Of a stretch of 31,776 nt of DNA, positions 1-8,880 are shown piece after piece. Under the pieces are notes generated by a model. The model was not told the DNA's origin. It searched no databases and worked only from the letters and a program-made list of their open reading frames with translations. Positions within the stretch are counted from its first letter, which is position 1; each line of letters begins with the position of its first letter. The stretch covers positions 1 through 31,776 of the forward strand of contig JBGQDI010000001.1 of NCBI GenBank assembly GCA_041495765.1, given 5' to 3'. Both the position numbers and the translations under genes were made by a program. Source of the stretch: Nitrospirota bacterium (GTDB lineage Bacteria > Nitrospirota > UBA9217).

Positions 1-99
1 CCCGTCTTTTATGCGTGCGGTATGAAAGTTTATGATTAATCCGACCTTAAGCCGGGAAAACTGATAAAGTCCGATTTTCTCCGTGCCTCCGTGGTTCAT
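1..99 (-). pseudogene. Truncated GxxExxY (PD-(D/E)xK-like) gene fragment, runs off the window edge
   Basis: Manual translation gives MNHGGTEKIGLYQFSRLKVGLIINFHTARIKDG. The part SRLKVGLIINFHTARIKDG resembles the GxxExxY C-terminus (xGLKxGLLINFNxxxLKDG, recalled consensus). It is joined directly to a CACGGAGG-type repeat, and the N-terminal GxxExxY motif is absent. Confidence 0.55.
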
Positions 100-116
100 T
101 CTGCATGGATTTGTCC

Positions 117-818
117 TCAGAACTCATGTGAGCTCTTCATCAAAAGCCCTACGCCTGCGTAGGTGAACAGCACGATCACGAATCCGATAATGCCCATCCA
201 GGTCACTTTCGGGCCAGACCATCCCCGCACCAGCCGGGCATGGAGGTAGAGGCTGTAGAAGAACCAGACGATGGTGGTCCAGAGCTCTTTCGGCGTCCAG
301 AGCCAGTAGGTGCCCCAGGCGAGAAAGGCCCATATGCCGCCGAAAATCATGGCGGTGGAAAAAAGAACATAACCGAGCAGCAGGCTCCGGTACTGGTTGG
401 TCTCTGCGCGGGCGTCCTGTCCATAGAGCGATAGCAGACCGAAGACCGCGCCGATGGCGAAGAGCGCATAGGAAACGAATGACAGGATAACGTGAAGCTC
501 GAACCAAATGGTCTTAAGTACCGGAGGCATCCCGCCCGTGACGGGCGCGGAGACCGCCGCGCCGGCGAGGAAGAGGAGAATGAGCGGAGTCGACAGGTAC
601 GTGAAGAGGTCGCGTTCGCGGCCCCACGCTGCGATGAGGAACGCAACGCCGATGGAAAATGCAAGGAACCCGAGCGTATCATGCATGCCGATCAGCGGGA
701 CCCTGCCGGACTGCAGCGCCGACGTCACGATGAGGAATGCATGCAGCACCAGCGCCGGAAGGATGAAACGGGGCCGTACGAGCGAGAGCGGATAGAGAAT
801 GAAAAGGAAGTAGTCCAT
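117..818 (-). CDS. ccsA: Cytochrome c biogenesis protein CcsA/ResC (System II heme lyase subunit), 233 aa
   Basis: Multi-TM protein with WWD-domain motif WAFLAWGTYWLWTPKELW and conserved His (ELHVILS, YLHARL). Start reassigned to ATG 818 (MDYFLF). Confidence 0.88.
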   Translation of the reverse strand: MDYFLFILYPLSLVRPRFILPALVLHAFLIVTSALQSGRVPLIGMHDTLGFLAFSIGVAFLIAAWGRERDLFTYLSTPLILLFLAGAAVSAPVTGGMPPVLKTIWFELHVILSFVSYALFAIGAVFGLLSLYGQDARAETNQYRSLLLGYVLFSTAMIFGGIWAFLAWGTYWLWTPKELWTTIVWFFYSLYLHARLVRGWSGPKVTWMGIIGFVIVLFTYAGVGLLMKSSHEF

Positions 819-932
819 AGTTTTCGCAACGGTCAGTGTCTTGGTCCTGTGCCGGGTAATGGATAAAGACGCAAAAGGCATTCCGGTTATCCGGAATGCC
901 TTTGGTTATTTTTTGTATGTATGCGGCAGAGC

Positions 933-1220
933 TTACTTCTTCCCGAGGATCGCTTCCTTTGCAGCCTTGGCTACACGGAACTTCACGACCTTCTTGGCAG
1001 GGATCTTGATGGCTGCGCCGGTCTGGGGGTTCCTTCCCATGCGTGCCTTGCGCTGTACGAGAACAAGCTTGCCGAGTCCGGGAAGCGTGAAGGAGTTCTT
1101 TGCTTCTTTGTAGGCGAGTGCTGCCATATCTTCAAGGATCTGCACTGCCAGCTTCTTCTTGATGTCCGCCTTCTTCGCGATGTGATCTGCAATCTGAGAC
1201 TTCGTCATTGCTTTTGCCAT
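933..1220 (-). CDS. hup: HU family DNA-binding protein
   Basis: MTKSQI...LPGLGKL...RKARMGRNPQTG...IKIPAKKVVKF signature; AGGAGG RBS. Confidence 0.95.
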   Translation of the reverse strand: MAKAMTKSQIADHIAKKADIKKKLAVQILEDMAALAYKEAKNSFTLPGLGKLVLVQRKARMGRNPQTGAAIKIPAKKVVKFRVAKAAKEAILGKK

Positions 1221-1298
1221 AAACTTCCTCCTTAAAATAAATTGGAAACGAGATATATTCCACTGCCCAGAGGCAGAGTGATCCTGTTTTTCGAGGGA

Positions 1299-1327
1299 AG
1301 TATAAACACTCTCCTATAAAATAGCAA
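1299..1327 (-). promoter_or_regulatory. sigma70 promoter of hup
   Basis: TTGCTA-N17-TATACT on the minus strand. Confidence 0.7.
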
Positions 1328-1501
1328 GAAAAATTTTAGCGATTTTGGGGTATTTTCGGGGTAATTTCAGGGTTAATGCCGCAAAGTCATCATGCCGGGC
1401 GGCAGCAAGGTTTTCGCTGTTGACTTGAACGTTTGGTTTGTGCTAATTTATTCCACTCAGCGAAACATCGCCGGGCAACCATCTTGATCAGGAGGCAGCG
1501 T

Positions 1502-1627
1502 ATGGCAACGAAATCAAATTTCATTCTGAAAGTGCAGGACGCGAAACTAGCCGATGTGCAAAAGGCGCTCAAGGATGCGAACATCAACGTAGTGAGCATT
1601 CTCGAGGTCCATAAGGAAGAAGTGTAA
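1502..1627 (+). CDS. Small hypothetical protein, 41 aa (MATKSNFILKVQDAKLADVQKALKDANINVVSILEVHKEEV)
   Basis: AGGAGG RBS before ATG 1502, upstream TTGACT/TG-TAATTT promoter-like motif, and a downstream hairpin terminator. Confidence 0.65.
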   Translation: MATKSNFILKVQDAKLADVQKALKDANINVVSILEVHKEEV

Positions 1628-1634
1628 ACATCCC

Positions 1635-1664
1635 GGACCGCCCTGGCGGCGGTCCTTCTTCATT
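1635..1664 (+). terminator. Intrinsic terminator
   Basis: GGACCGCC-ctggc-GGCGGTCC followed by TTCTTCATT. Confidence 0.6.
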
Positions 1665-1734
1665 CTGCTGCCGTGAGGCAGCACTTTCCGGCCGCGCCGG
1701 AGCGACGGTGATCGGCCGTACTCTTCCGGCAATC

Positions 1735-1743
1735 TGCTATACT
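1735..1743 (+). promoter_or_regulatory. Extended -10 promoter
   Basis: TG-C-TATACT, ending 12 nt before ATG 1756; no SD between. Confidence 0.5.
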
Positions 1744-1755
1744 AAAAACAACACT

Positions 1756-2013
1756 ATGAAAATTACGCTCGTGGATCTCGAAAACGTGGCCAAGGCCCTT
1801 TCCGTAAAGGTGACCTATGACGATCTGAAGACATCGAAAGGCGGGTCCTGCAGGGTGATGGAGACTCGCAGGATCATTATCAATAAATATCTTCAGAATG
1901 TCGACAAAATCAGTTTGCTGGCCCGGGAGCTGGCCAACTTTGATCTGGGCGGGATCGATATCCCCGATCACGTGCGTAAGAAGATCGAGAAGGAAGCTGA
2001 ACCGCAGGCCTGA
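1756..2013 (+). CDS. Hypothetical protein, 85 aa
   Basis: Protein-like composition (KGGSCRV..RIIINK..ARELANFDL). Start reassigned to ATG 1756. Confidence 0.7.
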   Translation: MKITLVDLENVAKALSVKVTYDDLKTSKGGSCRVMETRRIIINKYLQNVDKISLLARELANFDLGGIDIPDHVRKKIEKEAEPQA

Positions 2014-2082
2014 CGGTTCTCGTCACGGGTGTGTGGCCGGCCTGTACAGAGGGGCTCAACCTCGGGAAGGTGCGTGGCTGCC

Positions 2083-2589
2083 ATGAAGAATCTGATCCTC
2101 GCCTTAAGTATTGCCCTGTTCTTCCAGAGTTGTTCCTATGCCATCTCCCCTCAATATGCCCGCCAGGCCGATAAGACGGTCTCTTTTCATGAGGTCAGGC
2201 AGGACCCCGGGCCCTACCAGGGGAAGCTCCTGATCATCGGCGGAACCATCGACCAGGTCAAAAGTACGGACCGTGGCACCCTGCTCGAGATCGTAGAGCG
2301 CAGCCTTGATTACTGGGGACGGCCCGAGCGTACGAAGAGAACAGGCGGTCGGTTCATTTTGCTCTATCCGGCGCAGCTTAATACGCTTCTCTACGTCCCC
2401 GGCAGGGAGATCACCGCTGCCGCGACCGTTGAGGGCACAGAGGCCGCCGCGCTGGTGGATCAGGACCTCCGCCTTCCGCTCTTTCTGTCAAAGGAGCTGA
2501 AGCTGTGGGAGGACACGCGAAAAGCCGGGAGCGGGCCCCAATGGTTCGATCCGCTTTACGATCCCAACAGGTCAGTGCGAACGCAGTAG
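2083..2589 (+). CDS. Slp family outer-membrane lipoprotein
   Basis: Lipobox FQSC; motifs P..Y.GK..I.GG.I, LEI....LD..GRP, GGRFI, PGREIT. Confidence 0.85.
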   Translation: MKNLILALSIALFFQSCSYAISPQYARQADKTVSFHEVRQDPGPYQGKLLIIGGTIDQVKSTDRGTLLEIVERSLDYWGRPERTKRTGGRFILLYPAQLNTLLYVPGREITAAATVEGTEAAALVDQDLRLPLFLSKELKLWEDTRKAGSGPQWFDPLYDPNRSVRTQ

Positions 2590-2639
2590 AAGTGCCTGTC
2601 GGTCCGTCTGTCCTGAGCGTTGCAGAGGGGGGAGGAGAT

Positions 2640-3149
2640 ATGATCGTGTATGAAAATAAACGCCTGATATTTTTTACGGCACTGTTCGCCGCGCTGTTGA
2701 CCGCCGCCTGCACGCCGCCTTTTCCGCAGCAGATGCTGGACCGGGTGGACCGGAACCTCTCGTTCAAAGAACTACAGAAGAACCCCGATGCCTATAAGGG
2801 CACCTGGGTGCTGCTCGGCGGCACGATCGTGACGTCGAGGAACACAAAAGAGGGCACGATGATCGAACTGCTGCAGAGACCGCTGGGCAGGTCGGGACGG
2901 CCGCTCCAGACAGATGCCACGGAAGGACGGCTGCTCATCGTTACTGAAGAGTTCCTGGATGCCGCCATCTATCACGGGGGCAGGGAATTGTCCGTCATCG
3001 GCGAGGTGTCAGGCCAGAAGATGCAGCCGCTTGGCGAGACCGAGTATCGCTATCCACTGGTCTTGGCGAAAAGTCTGCACTTGTGGGACCCCTCCTCGGG
3101 GCCCCGCGTTTCTTTCGGCATCGGTATCGGGGTGTCGTCATATCACTAA
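2640..3149 (+). CDS. Slp family outer-membrane lipoprotein (tandem paralog)
   Basis: GGAGGAG RBS; lipobox TAAC; P..YKG..V.LGG.I, IELLQRPL...GRP, YRYP; C-terminal FGIGIG. Confidence 0.88.
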   Translation: MIVYENKRLIFFTALFAALLTAACTPPFPQQMLDRVDRNLSFKELQKNPDAYKGTWVLLGGTIVTSRNTKEGTMIELLQRPLGRSGRPLQTDATEGRLLIVTEEFLDAAIYHGGRELSVIGEVSGQKMQPLGETEYRYPLVLAKSLHLWDPSSGPRVSFGIGIGVSSYH

Positions 3150-3166
3150 GGCGCATGAAAACCGTT

Positions 3167-3283
3167 AGCCACAGAGAACGCATAAGTCGCACAGGTAAAA
3201 CGAGGAACTCGTTCTACTAAATCGGCAGGTATTCCCAAAACGGGCGCACGTTATTTTATGTGAGTTTTGTGCATTGTGTGGCT
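3167..3283. repeat. Imperfect inverted repeat with 9-nt periodic arms
   Basis: Left arm AGCCA-CAGAGAACG-CATAAGTCG-CACAGG. Right arm (reverse complement) AGCCA-CACAATGCA-CAAAACTCA-CATAAA. Confidence 0.55.
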
Positions 3284-3373
3284 TAATACAGGTTAGTACA
3301 AAGTCCTGAAAAAAATGCGGCGGAGCAATCGATATGATTGCACCGCCGTTCTTGTCAGAGCAAGGAACAGGTC

Positions 3374-5641
3374 TCAGGCGAAACGTATTGCCTTCACCGT
3401 TTTCAGACCGACCGCGCCGCGTGTCATGACGCCGTAAGCCTTCAGGTCGATCACCTTCTCTTTTTCCTTTTCATCGATGACCTTTACCTGTTCGTTCTTC
3501 CGGACCGCTCGGAACAGCACGACATCGCCGTTCTTCACGTTCACGAGCTTCACTCCCTTACCGGCGCCGGTGAGCGTGGGAATGTCCTTTGCCGCCAGGA
3601 CGACGGCCTTGCCTTCGGACGTGAGGAACAGCACGTTGGGGAGGTCGATGAGTTCCACTCCCAGGATGCTGTCGCCGTCCTTTACACCGGCAAACTTCTT
3701 GCCTGCACGGGTCGTGATGCTGTTGAACTGCGCGAGGTCGAATTGGAATCCGATGCCTTTAGCCGAGACGGTCAGGGCCAAAGCGCTTCCGCCGGTGAGC
3801 GTGAGCTCCGCCTGTTTTTCAGCAGTGCCTGCTTCGGCCGTGGCCGCACCACCGGACAGGACCGTGGCGAGGTTCATGGCCATGATCGGCCGTTCGCCGT
3901 CTCCGAACTTGTACAGATGCTGCACGGGCTCGCCGAACCCGGAGCCGGTCGGCAGATCAAAGGCCTTGCTCACGTAGACCTTGCCGGCCGAGGAAAAGAT
4001 AGCAATATTGTCACGAGTGTTCGCCGGCAGCAACGCGAGCAGCGAATCGCCTTCCTTGAACCGGAGATTCTCGCCCACGGTCTTGACGCGCCGGATCCAC
4101 CCCATCTTCGTCAGGATGACGGTGACATCCTCATGAACGACAAAGTCGTCCTGCGAGAATTCCACATCATCGGCCGCCTTCATGACCGACTTGCGCTTGT
4201 CGCCGTACTTTTGCTTGATCTCGAGCAGTTCGGTCCTGATCAGTGCCCAGATCTTCTTCTGGCTTGCCAGGATGGCCTCGATGTCCTTGCGGAGCTTGGT
4301 CTTCTCGGACTTTTCCGCGAGGATGCGGTCGATCTCGAGGCCCACGAGCTTGTAGAGCTGCATGTCGAGGATGGCCTTCACCTGTTCATCGTCAAGCTTG
4401 AAATGTTTTTTCAGTTTTTCTGCAGCGTCCTCGCGCGACTTTGCCTTACGGATGAGCCTGATCGCCGTATCGAGGTCGTCATAGAGCGCCTCAAAAGCCG
4501 CGAGGATGTGGAGCCGCGCTTTTAGGAGCCGGAGGTCGAAGTTGAGACGCTTGGTCGTGATCTCGTGCCGGAAATCCAGGAAGTAGCGCATGATCGCCTT
4601 GAGCGACAGGCGTTCCGGCTCCATGTTCGGTTTGAGCGCGGTGAAGTTGATGGGAAAGGTCGACTCCAGGTCCGTGTTTTTGAAGAGGTAGGCGGTCACG
4701 AGCTCGGCATTAGTCTCGGCCTTGAGCTCGAGCACGATGCGCACTTCGTGAGTGGACTCGTCACGGACCGTGGTGACCTGCGGCAGCTTTCGTTCTTCCA
4801 TGAGGCCGAAGAGTTTCTCCAGCAACCGCGCCTTGTTCACCAGATAGGGGATGGAGGTGAAGACGATGGCCTGTTTGCCGCGCGGAAGTTCCTCGACCTT
4901 GTACTCGCCGCGCGTTCTGATGCCGCCGGAACCTGCTTTGTAGATCTCGAGCAATTCCTTCTTCGTGTTCAGGATCTGGCCGCCCGTGGGGAAATCCGGA
5001 CCCTTGATGCACTTGAGGAGGTCCTTGGTATCGATGTCGGCATTGTCGATCATCGCGGCCAGGCCGTCGATGACCTCGCTGATATTGTGCGGGGGGAAGG
5101 AGCAGCTCATGCCCACGGCGATGCCCGAGGTGCCGTTCACCAGGAGCTGGGGGAACCGGGCGGGGAGCACCAGCGGTTCCTTGAGCGAGTTGTCATAGTT
5201 CGGCTTGAACGCGACGGTATCCTTGTCGATCTCGAACAGCAGTTCCTCGGCGATCTTCGAAAGGCGGGCTTCCGTGTAGCGCATGGCCGCTGCCGGATCG
5301 CCGTCAAGGCTGCCGAAATTCCCCGAGCCGTCCACCAGGGGGTAGCGAAGTGAGAAATCCTGTGCCATCCTGACCATGGCGTCGTAGGCTGCCTGGTCGC
5401 CGTGGGGATGGAACTTACCAAGGACCTCGCCGACGACGGCGGCGCTTTTTCTGAACCGCGTGGTCGGCCCGAGCCCCATCTCCCACATGGCAAAGAGGAT
5501 GCGGCGGTGGACCGGCTTGAGCCCGTCCCTGACATCGGGAAGCGAACGCGAAACAATGGTCGAGAGCGCATAGGTCAGGAACCGGTTCTCCACTTCCGAG
5601 TGGAGCGCTGTGGTGATAACGGAGTCTTCTGGTAATGCCAT
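3374..5641 (-). CDS. parC: Type IIA DNA topoisomerase subunit A, ParC-like (755 aa)
   Basis: [23 protein letters not shown] and catalytic [10 protein letters not shown]; C-terminal pinwheel with no canonical GyrA-box (QxRGGxG). Start reassigned to ATG 5641 (MALPED). Confidence 0.88.
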   Translation of the reverse strand: MALPEDSVITTALHSEVENRFLTYALSTIVSRSLPDVRDGLKPVHRRILFAMWEMGLGPTTRFRKSAAVVGEVLGKFHPHGDQAAYDAMVRMAQDFSLRYPLVDGSGNFGSLDGDPAAAMRYTEARLSKIAEELLFEIDKDTVAFKPNYDNSLKEPLVLPARFPQLLVNGTSGIAVGMSCSFPPHNISEVIDGLAAMIDNADIDTKDLLKCIKGPDFPTGGQILNTKKELLEIYKAGSGGIRTRGEYKVEELPRGKQAIVFTSIPYLVNKARLLEKLFGLMEERKLPQVTTVRDESTHEVRIVLELKAETNAELVTAYLFKNTDLESTFPINFTALKPNMEPERLSLKAIMRYFLDFRHEITTKRLNFDLRLLKARLHILAAFEALYDDLDTAIRLIRKAKSREDAAEKLKKHFKLDDEQVKAILDMQLYKLVGLEIDRILAEKSEKTKLRKDIEAILASQKKIWALIRTELLEIKQKYGDKRKSVMKAADDVEFSQDDFVVHEDVTVILTKMGWIRRVKTVGENLRFKEGDSLLALLPANTRDNIAIFSSAGKVYVSKAFDLPTGSGFGEPVQHLYKFGDGERPIMAMNLATVLSGGAATAEAGTAEKQAELTLTGGSALALTVSAKGIGFQFDLAQFNSITTRAGKKFAGVKDGDSILGVELIDLPNVLFLTSEGKAVVLAAKDIPTLTGAGKGVKLVNVKNGDVVLFRAVRKNEQVKVIDEKEKEKVIDLKAYGVMTRGAVGLKTVKAIRFA

Positions 5642-5741
5642 GGTGCAGAGCCCCTTTCCTGCAATGAGGAAGAATCGCACGTTACGGACAGTGGTACGGG
5701 ATGCCTGCGAGTGAACAGAAAAATGCTGATTTTCAGGCGGC

Positions 5742-5798
5742 ATTGTACCATAAACGAAGTAAATTACCAGAGTAAGATTATAAAAAGTGGTGTATAAT
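5742..5798. promoter_or_regulatory. Divergent promoters for parC (-) and the CpXC gene (+)
   Basis: Minus strand TG-G-TACAAT (5742-5750); plus strand TATAAT (5793-5798). Confidence 0.5.
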
Positions 5799-5803
5799 AA
5801 AAT

Positions 5804-6670
5804 ATGGTCAATTTGCTGAACAACCAGGCGGAAGCCTACAGCGTCGAGACCTTTCAATGCGGTCACTGTGACAGGGACTTTCAGGCGAAGATCATCACCT
5901 GGGTGGATGTGTCACGCGCGCCGCAGGCGAAGCCGGCGCTGCTCCGATGGGAATTCAACATCGTCGAATGCACGCACTGCGGATGCCGTCATTTCTCGGG
6001 GTCGCCCTTCTTTTACGAGGATTTCGAGAACGGGCTGCTGATCGCCGTCTACCCGCGCATTCCTGAGCAGCGGGGAGAGGTGGAGAAGAGCATCAGGGAA
6101 AAGTACGGGTACTATCCGGTGCTTGAATTTTTCTACGACATGACGCAGATATGGATGCTGATCTACTTCCAGGAACATTATAAGGCCAACAGGAACCTGC
6201 GCGCCCTCTCAAGGATCGGGACCGGCGATCAGCGGATGCGAAAGATACTGCGTTTCCTCAAAGAGGACGAGATGATGATCTCGATCCGCGAAAAGCTGAC
6301 CGAGTCCTTTTTCGGTGATGTGACCAACGACGAGCTCGTGGACCTTCTGGGGCAGGCCATTTATACGCTGGAAGAGATGATGCCCTGGCCGCTGGACCGG
6401 CGGTGCGTCTGCGGCACCGATCTTACCCATGACTTCAAATGCTGCGGCAAGCAGGTGGTCCTTGACGACCACGAGTATCTGCTTTCCAAACATTTCATCC
6501 TGTATTGTCCATCGTGCAAAGAGGCGTTGTCGGGAGCGTCCTGCGAATCCTGCGGAAGGGTCTATACCTGGAAGCTGGGTACGGTGGAAACCTACAAAGC
6601 CGGTGCGGGAACTAAAGACAGCTCTGCGGACGAAGATCTGCACCTGCGGGCCGAAGAAGGATTACCATAA
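5804..6670 (+). CDS. CpXC domain zinc-binding protein with C-terminal Cys clusters
   Basis: N-terminal FQCGHC...WVDV...[11 protein letters not shown]...FFYED (CpXC pattern); C-terminal CVCG, CCG, CPSC, CESCG. Confidence 0.8.
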   Translation: MVNLLNNQAEAYSVETFQCGHCDRDFQAKIITWVDVSRAPQAKPALLRWEFNIVECTHCGCRHFSGSPFFYEDFENGLLIAVYPRIPEQRGEVEKSIREKYGYYPVLEFFYDMTQIWMLIYFQEHYKANRNLRALSRIGTGDQRMRKILRFLKEDEMMISIREKLTESFFGDVTNDELVDLLGQAIYTLEEMMPWPLDRRCVCGTDLTHDFKCCGKQVVLDDHEYLLSKHFILYCPSCKEALSGASCESCGRVYTWKLGTVETYKAGAGTKDSSADEDLHLRAEEGLP

Positions 6671-6704
6671 AAATAAAAAAAGACGGCGAGTTGCTCGCCG
6701 CCTT
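6671..6704 (-). terminator. Intrinsic terminator for the minus-strand membrane-protein pair
   Basis: CGGCGAG-ttg-CTCGCCG stem with an A-run on its left (U-tract on the minus strand). Confidence 0.65.
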
Positions 6705-6721
6705 CTTGAAGATCATGTTTC

Positions 6722-6753
6722 AGGCAGCCGCCCAAGCGTGGCTGCCTTTTTTT
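6722..6753 (+). terminator. Intrinsic terminator for the CpXC gene
   Basis: AGGCAGCC-N10-GGCTGCCT followed by a T-run. Confidence 0.75.
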
Positions 6754-6781
6754 ATGCAGGTGACTAGCGTTCCCTTTCCCG

Positions 6782-7099
6782 TTATGCGTTCTGAGCAGCT
6801 TCCTTCTTTTCTTTCCGCGCTGTCGGAGCTGCAACGATATATCCCATCGCCGTTCCGAGCAATCCGCCGACCACGATGCAGACCGTTGCTGCACTGGCGA
6901 TCCCGACGGCGATGCCCATGACGATCGCGGCCCGCACAAAGAGCGTCGGTTCTACCGCTCCGCCCATGATCTTCTGGAGCAGGATCAGGGTACCGAAGCT
7001 GCCGAAGTAGAACCCCGGAACGATCCCTGCCACAATGAATACCAGCCCGCCCACCGTTGCCCCGATCTTCATTCCCGTTTTTATCGTCTCGTTCTTCAT
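6782..7099 (-). CDS. Small Gly/Ala-rich membrane protein, 105 aa
   Basis: AGGAG RBS 7 nt before ATG 7099; about 3 hydrophobic helices. Confidence 0.8.
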   Translation of the reverse strand: MKNETIKTGMKIGATVGGLVFIVAGIVPGFYFGSFGTLILLQKIMGGAVEPTLFVRAAIVMGIAVGIASAATVCIVVGGLLGTAMGYIVAAPTARKEKKEAAQNA

Positions 7100-7180
7100 G
7101 GCCATTCTCCTTTTCAGGTTATGGATCATCATTGTAATTCTCTTTGTTGTCTTATTTCCTAGTTCTGACTTCTGATCCTA

Positions 7181-7495
7181 TTACCGGTGCCCCATGGCCT
7201 TGTGGGTCTCTTCAGCATGGGAGCCTTCCAAGAGCTTGCCAATGACCCATCCGATCGTTGTACTTGCGGTCACGATAACGACGCCGGCAACCAGGACCCC
7301 GACGAGCATGGCGGCCAGAACAATAGCTCTCGAGATAAGGCCATGCTGGAGCGGAAGCCCGAACAGCCAGCCCGCAATATTGAGCCCCATGGCGCCGCCT
7401 AAGACACTACCAGGTAAAAGCCCGAACAGTGCGAACAACACCAAACCCACCCCTGCCCCTAAGTATGACGTTTTTCTTGCTGTCGTGGTCTTCAT
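7181..7495 (-). CDS. Small Gly/Ala-rich membrane protein, 104 aa
   Basis: AGGAGG RBS; SYLGAGVGLVLFALFGLLPGS.LGG.MGLNIAG hydrophobic pattern, similar in layout to the downstream neighbour. Confidence 0.82.
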   Translation of the reverse strand: MKTTTARKTSYLGAGVGLVLFALFGLLPGSVLGGAMGLNIAGWLFGLPLQHGLISRAIVLAAMLVGVLVAGVVIVTASTTIGWVIGKLLEGSHAEETHKAMGHR

Positions 7496-7535
7496 GGTAA
7501 TGTCCTCCTTTTTCGCTTTGTCTTGCCAGATAAGA

Positions 7536-7569
7536 TGCATCGGTCATGCCAGAACGCAAGTGATTGATT
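7536..7569 (-). promoter_or_regulatory. sigma54 promoter with adjacent IHF site
   Basis: TGGCATGACCGATGCA (-24/-12, 7536-7551); CAA-GTGA-TTGATT (7557-7569) fits the IHF consensus YAANNNNTTGATW. Confidence 0.7.
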
Positions 7570-7777
7570 TACTGTGATTCATGCGGCGAGACGATTTGCA
7601 TACCTGAGAAAAACAGGTTTCGATTGCTTAAATTGCAAAAAAGTTCAGAGGAAAATAACGATCGTTTGAAGGTACAGAACGCAGAGAGTGGAGGGCCTGG
7701 AAGAAATGCGTAACAATGTCAATCAGCAGGAAGAAGTTGGACAGGGTTATTGTGAAGAGCAAGGAGATCCCACCGAG

Positions 7778-8740
7778 TTATCCCCGCAAGTGACAATCCA
7801 CGAAATGGCCATTCCCCAGGTCCGTTGTTCTCGGCACGATCTTATCGCAGGGTTCGAACCGGTGGATGCAGCGGGTGTGGAACCGGCAACCCGGGGGTAT
7901 CTGTGTCGGGCTTGGGATATCGGCATTGAGCAGGATGTGCTTCCGCTTCACGGTCGGGTCAGCGACCGGAATATCCGCCAGGAGCGCTTCGGTGTACGGA
8001 TGCGACGGGTTGCGGTAGATGTCATCGGCGTTCGCGATCTCAACGATCCTGCCCAAATACATGACGGCCACGCGGTCAGAGAAATGGTGGACCAGGTTCA
8101 GGTCGTGGGCAACGAAAAGGAACGCCAGCCCCATCTCGGAGCGAAGGTCGTCGAGCAGGTTGATGATCTGCGCCTGCACCGACACATCGAGCGCCGAGAC
8201 CGGTTCATCGGCCACGATGAACGACGGATTGCTGGCGAGCGATCGTGCGATGCCGATGCGCTGGCGCTGGCCGCCGGAGAACTCATGGGGGTAGCGGCGG
8301 AGGGCATCGGCAGGAAGTCCCACTTTCCGGAGCAGGGCCGCAGCCCGGTCCGCCAATTCATTCTTGGGGGCGAGGCCATGGATCACGAGCGGCTCGATAA
8401 CGATATCCTGGACCCGCATGCGGGGATTGAGCGATGCAAAGGGGTCCTGAAAGATGATCTGCATCTCTTTGCGGAGCGACCGAAGTTCGTCCTTACCCAG
8501 CGTGTTCAGGACCTGTCCCTTGAAGGAGACCGTACCCGCTGAAGGTTCGATCAGATTCAGTGCGATCCTGCCGAGCGTTGATTTGCCGCAGCCGCTTTCG
8601 CCGACCAGCCCGACCACTTCACCGGCCGCCACGGACAAGGTCACGCCGTCGACGGCTCTGGCAACAACGGACCTGCCGAAACCCGCTTTTACGGGAAAAG
8701 TCTTGAAGACGCTATTGATGAAGAGAAGTTCGCTGTCCAT
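7778..8740 (-). CDS. oppF: Oligopeptide/dipeptide ABC transporter ATP-binding protein (OppF/AppF type)
   Basis: Walker A GESGCGKS, FSGGQRQR, DEPVSALD, HPYT, and C-terminal GCRFHTRC...C...C. Confidence 0.93.
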   Translation of the reverse strand: MDSELLFINSVFKTFPVKAGFGRSVVARAVDGVTLSVAAGEVVGLVGESGCGKSTLGRIALNLIEPSAGTVSFKGQVLNTLGKDELRSLRKEMQIIFQDPFASLNPRMRVQDIVIEPLVIHGLAPKNELADRAAALLRKVGLPADALRRYPHEFSGGQRQRIGIARSLASNPSFIVADEPVSALDVSVQAQIINLLDDLRSEMGLAFLFVAHDLNLVHHFSDRVAVMYLGRIVEIANADDIYRNPSHPYTEALLADIPVADPTVKRKHILLNADIPSPTQIPPGCRFHTRCIHRFEPCDKIVPRTTDLGNGHFVDCHLRG

Positions 8741-8770
8741 TATCTATAAGAATCTCTCGCAAAACAAAAT

Positions 8771-8802
8771 TTAGCCAAGGAGACATGGAGGCACAGAGAA
8801 AA
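8771..8802. repeat. CACRGAGG-type periodic repeat
   Basis: TTAGCCAAGGAGACATGGAGGCACAGAGAAAA; 8784-8802 matches the reverse complement of 76-94 at 17/19 positions. Confidence 0.6.
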
Positions 8803-8880
8803 GCAAGCAACGATGAGTATTGAGAAAATTTAGTTACGCTGATTAGCTTGTGGTACAAGAGGCTCAAGGGCCAGGATTTC

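Noticed and set aside
3338-4525. Long plus-strand ORF (395 aa) and others such as 4565-5353, 7688-8542, 8848-9645 and 26810-28009
   Set aside because: Antisense shadows of well-supported GC-rich genes, with no motifs.
5642-5866. 75-aa N-terminal extension of the topoisomerase ORF
   Set aside because: Overlaps the divergent promoters and the CpXC start; homology begins at MALPED.
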